A stretch of DNA of 32,000 bases from Ferroglobus placidus DSM 10642 (GTDB taxonomy: Archaea > Halobacteriota > Archaeoglobi > Archaeoglobales > Archaeoglobaceae), in the NCBI RefSeq assembly GCF_000025505.1, contig NC_013849.1:720001-752000 (forward strand), written 5' to 3'. The notes beneath the pieces are model-generated. The model ran no database searches. It saw only the letters and a list, made by a program, of their open reading frames with translations, and had not been told where the DNA came from. The position numbers and the translations under genes were made by a program. Position 1 is the stretch's first letter; each line of letters begins with the position of its first letter. Below are positions 8,475-17,014 of the stretch, one piece after another.

Positions 8475-8799
8475 CGTAAAGAGTGTCCGAAAGCAAGTAG
8501 ACCGACTCGTTCAACCTAATCAATACTGGCTCGGCAAATTTAATTATCTCGCCTTCCGGTTGCAAGTAAGCGGAAAAGTACCCGACCTTGTAAGGAGTCG
8601 CGTTTTGAACGAAGTTTTCGACGTAATGTTTCAGCTCCTCGCATCCGAAGAGAAGGAACTTCATCATTTCGAAGGGCGTTACTTCGAAGTAAATGACAAT
8701 CGTCTCATTTTTAATCACCACTTCTTTTACACTTACAGCATTAGCTGTTCCTATCATGAGAAATACCGCTATTACTACTGCAAAGAATCTCAGAGACAT
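8461..8799 (-). CDS. Small secreted or membrane-attached hypothetical protein
   Basis: From ATG at 8799: MSLRFFAVVIAVFLMIGTANAVSVKEVVIKNETIVIYFEVTPFEMMKF..., with a plausible signal peptide. A TATA-like TTTTTATT lies about 30 nt upstream. The upstream ORF-track extension is not supported. Confidence 0.6.
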   Translation of the reverse strand: MSLRFFAVVIAVFLMIGTANAVSVKEVVIKNETIVIYFEVTPFEMMKFLLFGCEELKHYVENFVQNATPYKVGYFSAYLQPEGEIIKFAEPVLIRLNESVYLLSDTLYVKRE

Positions 8800-8838
8800 T
8801 TGAAGAAACTCGCATTGGTGGAATAAAAAGTTTCCGTC

Positions 8839-8902
8839 GGGGTGCCGAAAAGCGTTACAGCGGTGACGGCGGGAAGGCTGAAAATCCTGTAAACGGCACC
8901 CC
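8839..8902 (+). ncRNA. Candidate structured RNA element (three-way junction-like)
   Basis: Perfect 9-bp arms GGGGTGCCG/CGGCACCCC enclose a 6-bp hairpin (CGTTAC-AGCG-GTGACG) and a 5-bp hairpin (CGGGA...TCCTG). Both inner helices need G.U pairs that exist only on the + strand. Confidence 0.45.
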
Positions 8903-9129
8903 AATTCTATTTATATTCTTTCAAATAATTAAGCTTTTTGGTGCGTAAAAGAAGAACGTGCATCAATAGAAAAGCTTAAAGCTTCTACGAATCCCGCTAA
9001 AATCTCAGTTTCAATCGCTGTTGCCAATTTTAAGGATTTCAAAACTTTTACGTTTCTAAATCGATATTCAGCTGGGTTTTGTATGAAATAAAAATTTCGG
9101 AAGTGTTATAGACGATATCCAACAAGAAA

Positions 9130-9429
9130 TTGTCGATGATCGATAAACTTGCGATAGAAAGTTTGAAGCTCTTATTTAGGGAGAAAGCGGTCGAAATTCT
9201 CCTGACGATTTACTACGAAAGTCAGAGCGGAAAAGACGTTTACATTCAGTACGTGGCGAGCAGAGTAAACAGCCCCCACAGTTACGTTTGGCTAATGGTA
9301 AAAAAGTTTGAAGAAGCCGGACTCGTGGAAACGGAAGTAGAAGGTAGGACGAAAATAATAAGGTTGACGGACAAAGGTTTCAGAATTTCCCAACTGATCG
9401 AGAAGATAGTGGAGACATTTTCCGAGTGA
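9130..9429 (+). CDS. Winged-HTH (MarR/ArsR-like) regulator upstream of the hydrogenase operon
   Basis: KAVEILLTIYYESQSGKDVYIQYVASRVNSPHSYVWLMVKKFEEAGLVETEVEGRTKIIRLTDKGFRI. Confidence 0.85.
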   Translation: MSMIDKLAIESLKLLFREKAVEILLTIYYESQSGKDVYIQYVASRVNSPHSYVWLMVKKFEEAGLVETEVEGRTKIIRLTDKGFRISQLIEKIVETFSE

Positions 9430-9439
9430 TTTGATTAAC

Positions 9440-9461
9440 TTTAAAAAATGCATTTTTTAAA
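9440..9461. promoter_or_regulatory. Perfect 22-bp palindrome TTTAAAAAATGCATTTTTTAAA, candidate operator of the downstream Vht-type operon
   Basis: Direct reading; it sits between the wHTH gene and the hydrogenase small-subunit gene, close to an AAAATATACTTA TATA-like segment. Confidence 0.55.
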
Positions 9462-9552
9462 ATATACTTATTTGGAAGTATGATTTAATATGTATTTTTT
9501 AAAGTGAAAATAATTATTAATCAACAACTCGCCGGATTTAAAGGGTGAGAGC

Positions 9553-10605
9553 GTGAAACTAACGAGGAGAAATTTTGTTAAGCTCGTTTCCGCTCTCGGC
9601 GCTTCCGCATTTTTGACGACCTACAAGTCAGATATCGTCGCGGCGTTGGAAGAAAACAAAGACTACTGGCACATCGCTTGGCTCAACGGAGGGGCTTGCA
9701 CCGGCTGCACGATCTCCTTCGCTCAGACAGCGGATCCGGACATTCTGCAAATACTAACCGAGATACTCGTCGGCAACTCTGGACTGCCGATCGTTCTTCC
9801 GGACTACATGGAAACCATACACTTAGCCTCCGGAAGCTTAGCTGAAGAGTTCAAAGAGAAGTGGAAGAGTGGGAAGGCTGGAAAGAGAATTTTGATTGTG
9901 GAAGGAGTAATACAAGACCCCGGCTACTGCGTCATAGCTGGAAAAGATTTCAGGGAGCACGTGCTCGATGCTGTGAGATATGCTGACGCTATAATTGCCG
10001 TAGGACAGTGCGCAACCTTCGGAGGGATTCCTGCAGCTAAGCCAAATCCAACAAACGCGAAAGGTTTGGCCGATTTTCTGAAAGAGGAGGGAGTAAGTAA
10101 AGAAGTGATAAACCTACCCCTCTGCCCAGTGAATGCCGATCAGCTTGTAGTAACTCTTGCAGCAGTAATAATCGGAGCGAAGGTCGAACTCGACGACTAC
10201 GGAAGACCGAAGATGTTCTTCTCCACGAACATGCACAACGACCTCTGCCCCTACAGACCCTACTACGATAAAGGACAGTTCATAGAAACTCCCGGGGAAG
10301 GAGAAGGATGCAGATATAAAATAGGATGCAAAGGTCCCGTTACGTGGACCGACTGTCCTCTAAGAAAGTGGAACAACAGCACGAGTTACTGCGTTGAGGC
10401 TGGAGCTCCCTGCATAGGATGTTCAGAGCCGGGATGGCCGGATAAGTTTTCTCCGTTTTATGAGGAAGTGCCAAACCTGACTTCAGCAATTATCGATCCA
10501 ACAAAACTTGGAACCGGAATTTTTGGAGCAACTTTAGCGGGAATAGGGGTTCATGCGGTTAGAAGGAGTTTAAGAAGAAGGAAGGAGGTAGAGGAAAATG
10601 AGTAA
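9553..10605 (+). CDS. vhtG: [NiFe] hydrogenase small subunit, Tat-exported, membrane-associated (VhtG-like)
   Basis: Tat signal MKLTRRNFVKLVSALGASAF; WLNGGACTGCTISF; VGQCATFGGIPA; C-terminal CVEAGAPCIGCSEPGWPDKFSPF; C-terminal hydrophobic anchor. Confidence 0.93.
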   Translation: MKLTRRNFVKLVSALGASAFLTTYKSDIVAALEENKDYWHIAWLNGGACTGCTISFAQTADPDILQILTEILVGNSGLPIVLPDYMETIHLASGSLAEEFKEKWKSGKAGKRILIVEGVIQDPGYCVIAGKDFREHVLDAVRYADAIIAVGQCATFGGIPAAKPNPTNAKGLADFLKEEGVSKEVINLPLCPVNADQLVVTLAAVIIGAKVELDDYGRPKMFFSTNMHNDLCPYRPYYDKGQFIETPGEGEGCRYKIGCKGPVTWTDCPLRKWNNSTSYCVEAGAPCIGCSEPGWPDKFSPFYEEVPNLTSAIIDPTKLGTGIFGATLAGIGVHAVRRSLRRRKEVEENE

Positions 10606-12304
10606 CGTAGTAATCGATCCAGTTACGAGGATAGAGGGGCATTTAAGGGTAGAAATGCACACAAAAACTTTAGAGACCTCTACTGGAAAGTGGACCGTTG
10701 TTGACAAAGCTTATTGCAGTGGAACGATGTTTAGAGGGATAGAGATAATTCTAAAAGGCAGAGACCCAAGAGACGCTTGGATAATAACCCAAAGAATCTG
10801 TGGAGTTTGTCCAGCTCCGCACGCTGAAGCTTCCATGCAGGCAATCGAAGCTGCTTTCGATGTTAAACCAACCCCCCTCGCTATCCTCGTCAGAAACATT
10901 TTGCACGGAGCCTACTACATCTACGACCACATAATTCACACGTATTTGCTAATCGGTCCGGAACTCGGAGTTCTTGCTAAATATCCTCCGATGGTTCCTC
11001 CAGCTCTTGGAAAGGAAGGTATAGCTAAGCTTAACCTCGGATCGAGTTACGCTCAGGCTTTAGACATTCAGAGAAAAGCAAACGAGATCGTTGCGATGTG
11101 GGGAGGAAAGTTCCCCCACCACCAAACGGAGTACCCCGGAGGAATGGCAGTCAAGCCTACGGCAGATAAAATCGCCAAGACCTTATCGAAGATGACTGAA
11201 ATCTGGTCGTGGGTTGCTAACGTGATGGTAAGAGACTTCACGAAGATTTTAGAGGCTAACGAGAGAATTGGAGAGGCCGTTAGCGCGATCCTTGATGTTG
11301 ATTTCAGAGGTCTGCAAGATTTGGGAGCTTCAACCGGCAACTTCCTCAGCTACGGATTGTTCCCGGATCACGAAAACTACGACGACTGGCTTTCCATCCT
11401 CTACTCTCCCGGCTACAGAAAGAGCGCTTTAATACAAGCTGGTGCTTGGGACGGCGAAAGAAAGGCGTTCGATTTAAAGAAGATCGAAGAGTACGTGAAG
11501 TATTCGTGGTACGACAACGCTTCAGGATTGCATCCGAGTGAAGAAGATTTGCCAAAGCCCAACAAAGAAAAAAGCGATGCTTACTCTTGGCTAAAAGCTC
11601 CAAGGTACGATAAGAAAGTTTACGAAGTCGGTCCTCTGGCGAGGATGATCAACACTTTCGGTATGAAGTGGAAGATTCCCATAACTAATCCAGTAACCGG
11701 CGAAGACTTCGGATACTTCGAATACGAAGTCCAGAACCCACAAGGATCCGTTATAGACAGAGTTGCTGCGAGAGTAGCTATGACGTTGTTGATAGCCAAT
11801 AAAATGTTCGACTGGCTGGAGGAGGCTAAGAGTTATCTCGGAGAGAAGGTGACTGTCAAAAAAGATAAAGTCAGAGAAAGAGAGGGATTCGGACTTTGGG
11901 AGGCTCCGAGAGGAGCGCTGTTGCATTACATCAAAGTAAGAGACTACAAAATAGACAGATACCAGGCTGTTGTTCCGAGTACGTGGAACTTCAGTCCGAG
12001 AGACGATTTCGGACAGGCAGGAGCTGCGGAAAAAGCCCTCGAAGGAACTTGGTTGCCGGAAATGAGTGTCGCTGAGATATGCGATGCAATATATCCAGAA
12101 AAGGACATAGACCTTTCGCCGCTCGGAATATCGAAAGTGGTCAGCTGGGGAGAAGCGTTAACTCCGGCTTTAAAACAGCTCGGGTTGGCGAGACTTAACA
12201 TTGAAAAAGTAAACGGCAACGAGTACAACACAACTCTCGCTCTCCTCGTCATAAGAAGCTTCGATCCATGCATAGCCTGTGCGGTTCACGTTCTGAGGTG
12301 TTAA
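10598..12304 (+). CDS. vhtA: [NiFe] hydrogenase large subunit (VhtA-like)
   Basis: VVIDPVTRIEGHLRVEM; RICGVCPAPHAEAS; C-terminal RSFDPCIACAVH. Confidence 0.95.
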   Translation: MSNVVIDPVTRIEGHLRVEMHTKTLETSTGKWTVVDKAYCSGTMFRGIEIILKGRDPRDAWIITQRICGVCPAPHAEASMQAIEAAFDVKPTPLAILVRNILHGAYYIYDHIIHTYLLIGPELGVLAKYPPMVPPALGKEGIAKLNLGSSYAQALDIQRKANEIVAMWGGKFPHHQTEYPGGMAVKPTADKIAKTLSKMTEIWSWVANVMVRDFTKILEANERIGEAVSAILDVDFRGLQDLGASTGNFLSYGLFPDHENYDDWLSILYSPGYRKSALIQAGAWDGERKAFDLKKIEEYVKYSWYDNASGLHPSEEDLPKPNKEKSDAYSWLKAPRYDKKVYEVGPLARMINTFGMKWKIPITNPVTGEDFGYFEYEVQNPQGSVIDRVAARVAMTLLIANKMFDWLEEAKSYLGEKVTVKKDKVREREGFGLWEAPRGALLHYIKVRDYKIDRYQAVVPSTWNFSPRDDFGQAGAAEKALEGTWLPEMSVAEICDAIYPEKDIDLSPLGISKVVSWGEALTPALKQLGLARLNIEKVNGNEYNTTLALLVIRSFDPCIACAVHVLRC

Positions 12305-12306
12305 AT

Positions 12307-12993
12307 ATGAAGGAGTTCGTGGAAGTTGAAAGGCACTCCAAGTTCGTCAGGGTTTGTCACTGGGGAATAGTGATAACGTGCCTCTTTCTCACCCTCACTG
12401 GAATCCAGCTCGCCTTCGGCGTCAAAATAATCGACGACGCACAAGCTTTACACATAAGACTCGGATTCATCTTCCTCGGACTCTGGCTTCTATTTTCCTA
12501 CTTCGTTTTAACAGAAGAGTGGAAATGGGTCTCTCCGAGAAGATTACCTTACAGCATCAGGTTTGTGATCGAGGAAGCCATAGCTTGGATTAAAGGAGGT
12601 CACGTCGACGATCCGAGAGCTTACGATCCAAGAAGGAGAGAATACGTCGAAAAGCTGATACCGAGTCAAGTACTCGTTTTCTGGGCGTACGTGATTCTCA
12701 CCGTAGTAGTAGCGCTAACGGGTCTTGCTCTCTACGATTACGAAAAGTTCAGAATTTTCGCAGACGTTTCGGAGCCAATAGCAAACATGTTTGGCGTAAC
12801 GAGCTACGCATTTTTAAGAGGATTACATAGATTTGCAATGTACCTCTACGCGACTCTGGCAGTAACTCATGCTTATGCAGCAACGATATTCGGAACCCTC
12901 GGCTCGATGATACACGGAAAGAGAAAAGAGAAAGTTACTACTGAAAGCTCGGAGAGACATGTCCCGGCGATTGCTGGTGCTGGGGGTAGGTAA
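12307..12993 (+). CDS. vhtC: Hydrogenase cytochrome b subunit (VhtC-like)
   Basis: FVRVCHWGIVITCLFLTLTGIQLAF...LHIRLGFIFLGLWLLFSYFVL...RGLHRFAMYLYATLAVTHAYAA; multiple TM helices with haem-ligand histidines. Confidence 0.88.
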   Translation: MKEFVEVERHSKFVRVCHWGIVITCLFLTLTGIQLAFGVKIIDDAQALHIRLGFIFLGLWLLFSYFVLTEEWKWVSPRRLPYSIRFVIEEAIAWIKGGHVDDPRAYDPRRREYVEKLIPSQVLVFWAYVILTVVVALTGLALYDYEKFRIFADVSEPIANMFGVTSYAFLRGLHRFAMYLYATLAVTHAYAATIFGTLGSMIHGKRKEKVTTESSERHVPAIAGAGGR

Positions 12994-13423
12994 TCCCTTA
13001 GCTGGAGACGATGCTGTCGGAATAGAAGTCGTAAAAAGATTGAAGAAGCTTGAACTACCAGAAGAGGTAGATTTGATCGAGGGAGGAACCCTAAGCTTTC
13101 AACTCATAAATTTTTTCGATAATTACGATAAAATAGTGGTCGTCGATGCGGTGAAAACCGGAAGAAAGCCGGGAAGCGTTGTTAGACTTGAAATGAACGA
13201 GTTCTTTGATTTTTCAAAGATTTCGGTTCTAACATCCCACGACTTCGACTTTTTTACCGTCGCTAAAGTTTTAAGCATGATTAGAGAAATTCCGGAAATC
13301 GTTGTGATAGGAGTTGAAGTTGAGAATCTCTCAGGCTTCGAAATGTCGGATTCAGTTAGAAAAAGCATTAATGAAGCTGTTAAAAAAATATTAGAGGAAA
13401 TAAATCACTCCTTGAGCAAGTAA
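12959..13423 (+). CDS. Hydrogenase maturation endopeptidase (HyaD/HycI family)
   Basis: LLVLGVGNPLAGDDAVGIEVVKRLKKL...VDLIEGGTLSFQLINFFDNYDKIVVVDAV...LTSHDFD. Confidence 0.9.
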   Translation: MSRRLLVLGVGNPLAGDDAVGIEVVKRLKKLELPEEVDLIEGGTLSFQLINFFDNYDKIVVVDAVKTGRKPGSVVRLEMNEFFDFSKISVLTSHDFDFFTVAKVLSMIREIPEIVVIGVEVENLSGFEMSDSVRKSINEAVKKILEEINHSLSK

Positions 13424-13630
13424 ATTAGCGATAAAGTGTAAAACGTCAAGCCTACAGCAACTATTGCCTCCCACATGTTTCCGAGTTTGTAACGGTCTAA
13501 TATAAACTTTTCTTAATTTTCAAAATACATTAATTATCATGCGTTTAATTAAATGTAGTTTTTGACAAATATATTGACAAAATCAAAAAGTTCGGTAGGT
13601 TTATAAGGTAAAATTCGTAAAAAAAGAATT

Positions 13631-15613
13631 GTGAAGATCGGGCTTTACATCTGCCATTGCGGAAGAAATATAGCCGATGTCGTCGACGTGAAGAATTTAA
13701 TCGAGTATTTCAAAGATAAGGTAAACGTTGTCCGAGATCACCTATTCATGTGCTCCGAACCGGCTTGGGAAATGATAAGAAGTGACGTGGCAAGTAAACT
13801 CGTCGATAGAGTGGTTATAGCTGCCTGTAGCCCTCAAAATCACGAGAAGTTTTTCAGATCAGCCCTCGAAACTGCTGGACTGTCAAAGTACCTCTTGGAG
13901 ATTGCCAACATCAGAGAGCAGTGCAGCTGGGTTCACGGAAAAAACAAGGAAGAAGCTACTGAGAAAGCAAAAAGATTAATAAAAGCCGCGATTTCCAAAG
14001 TTAAAACGCTCAAACCTTTAGAAGACTTAAAATTCGAAGTTGAGAGGAGCGTTCTCGTTATTGGCGGAGGTATAGCGGGAATGACCGCTTCTCTTGACTT
14101 GGCAAAAATGGGTTTCAAAGTCTATCTTGTAGAGAAAGAGCCGTCAATAGGTGGAAAGCTCATAAAATTCGATAAAATCTTTCCGCTCAACGATTGCGCC
14201 TCTTGTGTCGTTTCCTCTTTAATGGCGGAGGTTGCGAACAACCCGATGATAGAGCTTATAACCTACGCTGAAGTTGAAGAGGTCAACGGGTCTTTCGGAA
14301 ACTTTAACGTTAAAGTGAGGAAGAAGCAAACCTACGTGGACTGGGAGAAGTGCATAGGTTGCGGAGCTTGTACGACAGTTTGTCCACCAAAAGCTTGGAA
14401 ACCAAACGAATTTGACGAAGGTTTGAGTAAAAGAGCCGCCATGTACATCGTTTCTCCTCAAGCCGTGCCGAAAAAAGCCGTACACGACCCTGAGCTTTGC
14501 GTTAATTGTGGAAAGAAAAAACTCGGAACGAGGAGGTTTTTGAGAGGTGGAAAGGAATACCTAACGCCCTGCGAAAAAGCATGTCCGACGAAAGCAATAG
14601 ACAGGTCGAAAAGCTGGAATCCTAAAGGAGAGATTCTGAACTTTAACGTTGGAGCGATAATTGTTGCCACGGGATACAAGGTTATGGAGAAGGAAACATT
14701 TAAAGAATACGCCTCCCACTCTCCAAACGTCATTACCGCTCTTCAATTCGAGAGAATTCTCTCTCCTACCGGACCTACAAGCGGTAAAATTTTGAGGATA
14801 TCGGACGGTAAAAAGCCGAAAGCCATTTCTTTCATATCCTGCGTAGGATCGAGGGACGTCAGATATCATACCTACTGTTCGAAAGTTTGCTGTTTATACT
14901 TGCTCAAGCAGGCGAGACTCGTGAAGGAGAGAGAGCCGGATATAGATGTATACATCCACGTTATCGACGTGAGAGCTCCGGGTAAAGATCTTGAAGAGTA
15001 CTACATAGAAGCGAGAAGAATGGGCATAGGAATTATCAGAGGAAAGGTTGGAGGTATAGAGGAACTTCCTAACGGTAGGCTCAGAATTCTCGGATTTGAC
15101 GCCGATTTGGGGATGCCGATAGAAGTGGAAGTCGACCTCGTTGTTCTCGCAACAGCGATAGAGCTTCCAGAAGACTCCAGAGAGCTCGCGAGAAAAATAG
15201 GTTTGACCGTCGACCCTTCAGGGTTTTTAAAAGAGGACCATCCGAAACTAAGACCCGTTGAAAGTACACTAACTGGCATATTTTTAGCCGGATGCTGTCA
15301 GGGTCCGAAAGACGTTTCCGAAACTGTCGCACAGGCTAAAGCTGCAGCAGCTTCCGTTGCTTCTTTGCTTAACAAGGAGGAAATTCAGGTCGAGCCGTTC
15401 ATCGCAAAAGTAAACGAGGAGGCTTGCACTGCTTGCGGCATATGCGAGAACGTTTGTCCATTTAACGCAATTAAAGTTAAGGAAGTGGCGATCGTCGACG
15501 AGAGAAGCTGCAAGGGATGCGGAATATGCGCTTCATGCCCGGCTAAAGCCATAGACATTCAAGGATATTCAGCGGAATCGATTACTGCAGAGATAGAGGC
15601 GCTTGTGGGGTGA
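13631..15613 (+). CDS. hdrA: Heterodisulfide reductase-type subunit A (HdrA), FAD plus multiple [4Fe-4S]; GTG start
   Basis: SVLVIGGGIAGMTASLDLAKMGFKVYLVEKEPSIGGKLIKFDKIFPLNDCASCV; ferredoxin motifs CIGCGACTTVCPPKA, CTACGICENVCPFNA, CKGCGICASCPAKA. Confidence 0.95.
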   Translation: MKIGLYICHCGRNIADVVDVKNLIEYFKDKVNVVRDHLFMCSEPAWEMIRSDVASKLVDRVVIAACSPQNHEKFFRSALETAGLSKYLLEIANIREQCSWVHGKNKEEATEKAKRLIKAAISKVKTLKPLEDLKFEVERSVLVIGGGIAGMTASLDLAKMGFKVYLVEKEPSIGGKLIKFDKIFPLNDCASCVVSSLMAEVANNPMIELITYAEVEEVNGSFGNFNVKVRKKQTYVDWEKCIGCGACTTVCPPKAWKPNEFDEGLSKRAAMYIVSPQAVPKKAVHDPELCVNCGKKKLGTRRFLRGGKEYLTPCEKACPTKAIDRSKSWNPKGEILNFNVGAIIVATGYKVMEKETFKEYASHSPNVITALQFERILSPTGPTSGKILRISDGKKPKAISFISCVGSRDVRYHTYCSKVCCLYLLKQARLVKEREPDIDVYIHVIDVRAPGKDLEEYYIEARRMGIGIIRGKVGGIEELPNGRLRILGFDADLGMPIEVEVDLVVLATAIELPEDSRELARKIGLTVDPSGFLKEDHPKLRPVESTLTGIFLAGCCQGPKDVSETVAQAKAAAASVASLLNKEEIQVEPFIAKVNEEACTACGICENVCPFNAIKVKEVAIVDERSCKGCGICASCPAKAIDIQGYSAESITAEIEALVG

Positions 15614-15617
15614 TAGG

Positions 15618-16130
15618 ATGAAATACGTTGTAAGAGTTGAGAAAAAGAAGAATCTCGTAAAAGTAATTTCCGATCTCGGAGGAGAGGGCGTTTCGAAGTG
15701 CATTCAGTGCGGTTCGTGTATGAGCGTTTGCCCAGTCACGTTAATCGGATTCGACCACCCAAACAAGAAGTTATTCAAATTCGTTCAAATGGGGGAAGAA
15801 GAAGTTCTTCTCTCAGATCCCTCTCCTTGGGCTTGCGTTGCTTGTGGAAGGTGCATAGAGGTTTGCACGCAAGACGTAAACCCCTTCTCAGTTTATTTTG
15901 CCCTGAGAAGATTTCAAGTGAAAGGTTTCAGAATTCACCCCCTCGCAAGGGAAGCTGTTGGATCGATTTACGAGAGCGGACACGCTATATTCGTGGAAAA
16001 CGAAGTGGAAAGAGAAAAGTTCGGTCTTCCAAAAGTATCTTCCGCTGCCAGGTCTGAAAAAGATTTAGAAGAAATCAGGGAAATACTAAAATCTTCGGCT
16101 ATCTCAGACCTCGGAATACTCCCAAGGTGA
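15618..16130 (+). CDS. hdrC: Heterodisulfide reductase-type subunit C (HdrC)
   Basis: CIQCGSCMSVCPVTL...CVACGRCIEVCTQDVNPF. Confidence 0.92.
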   Translation: MKYVVRVEKKKNLVKVISDLGGEGVSKCIQCGSCMSVCPVTLIGFDHPNKKLFKFVQMGEEEVLLSDPSPWACVACGRCIEVCTQDVNPFSVYFALRRFQVKGFRIHPLAREAVGSIYESGHAIFVENEVEREKFGLPKVSSAARSEKDLEEIREILKSSAISDLGILPR

Positions 16131-17014
16131 TTAATATGAAATTCGGCTTCTTTCTCGGGTGTCAAATTCCCTTCCTAAAACCCGAGGTCGAAGCTTCGAT
16201 AAGGAAAGTCATGAGCGCTCTTGGAGTAGAACTCATCGATCTCGAAGGATACTCCTGCTGTCCCACGTGGATGTCTGTTCCAAGTCTCGATTTAAACGCT
16301 TGGCTGTCCATTTCCGCGAGAAATCTGGCTATAGCTGAAAATCTCGGAGTGGACGTTGTGACCGGATGCAACAACTGCTTCAGCGTTTTAAATCACGCGA
16401 GATACCTTCTGAAAGATGAAAAAAGGAAGTTCGAAGTAAACAGAATTCTCTCAAAATTCGGCAAATTTTACAGAGGAACTTCTAAGGTGTACCACGTAAT
16501 TCACGTTCTATCCGACTTTGTTGACAAAAAGGAGTTAAAGAAGAAAGTCGTGCATCCCCTAAAAGATTTGACCGTCGCGATTCATCCGGGTTGTCAGCTC
16601 CTGTGGCCTACGAGAATAATGGACGTAAAAGAGGAGAATCCGTTTTATCCTGAAAAACTAAAGAATCTTGTAGAGATGCTCGGAGCAAAAGCACCCTACT
16701 ACAGCAGACTCGACTACTGCTGCGGAGCTGGGACTTCCGTTGCATACATAGACTACGAGAAATCATCATACTTCGTTCTGACGAAACTCGAATCGATGAA
16801 AGAAGAGATAGAGCCGGATCTCATCGTTACTCCGTGCTCAACGTGCCTCATACAAATTGAAGAAATGCAGAAGAAACTTAAAAAAGATGGTAAAATAAAC
16901 TTCGAGATTCCGGTCGTTTACTACACCCAGCTTTTGGCAATTTGCATGGGAATTCCAGCTAACGAAGTTTTCAGAGAAGAGAGCGCAAAGATAATTCTTG
17001 AGGTGATTAGATGA
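16127..17014 (+). CDS. hdrB: Heterodisulfide reductase-type subunit B (HdrB); the start may be 16136
   Basis: Two CCG-type domains: GYSCCPTW...TGCNNCFSV and HPGCQLLWP...LDYCCGAG...TPCSTC. Confidence 0.93.
   Translation: MINMKFGFFLGCQIPFLKPEVEASIRKVMSALGVELIDLEGYSCCPTWMSVPSLDLNAWLSISARNLAIAENLGVDVVTGCNNCFSVLNHARYLLKDEKRKFEVNRILSKFGKFYRGTSKVYHVIHVLSDFVDKKELKKKVVHPLKDLTVAIHPGCQLLWPTRIMDVKEENPFYPEKLKNLVEMLGAKAPYYSRLDYCCGAGTSVAYIDYEKSSYFVLTKLESMKEEIEPDLIVTPCSTCLIQIEEMQKKLKKDGKINFEIPVVYYTQLLAICMGIPANEVFREESAKIILEVIR

Noticed and set aside
8560-8826. 88-aa plus-strand ORF at 8560-8826
   Set aside because: Opposite a minus-strand ORF with a signal peptide and plausible promoter; the minus-strand reading is more protein-like. 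Neither is certain.
8839-8902. Could the GGGGTGCC...GGCACCCC element be a tRNA, TPP riboswitch, fluoride riboswitch or H/ACA sRNA?
   Set aside because: No T-loop GGTTCGAAT or CCA-proximal geometry, no TPP core (ACCCU...CUGAUC), no fluoride-type core, and no ACA box after the closing stem. Left as an unassigned structured element.
9008-9040. AGTTTCAATCGCTG..., vaguely similar to archaeal CRISPR repeat ends (TTTCAATC)
   Set aside because: Single occurrence with no repeated unit or spacers and no cas genes.
11591-11926. Long antisense ORFs inside vhtA, and others such as 14561-14869, 26030-26404, 7519-7818 and 6804-7289
   Set aside because: Mirror-frame artefacts of strongly coding genes on the opposite strand; no recognisable motifs.
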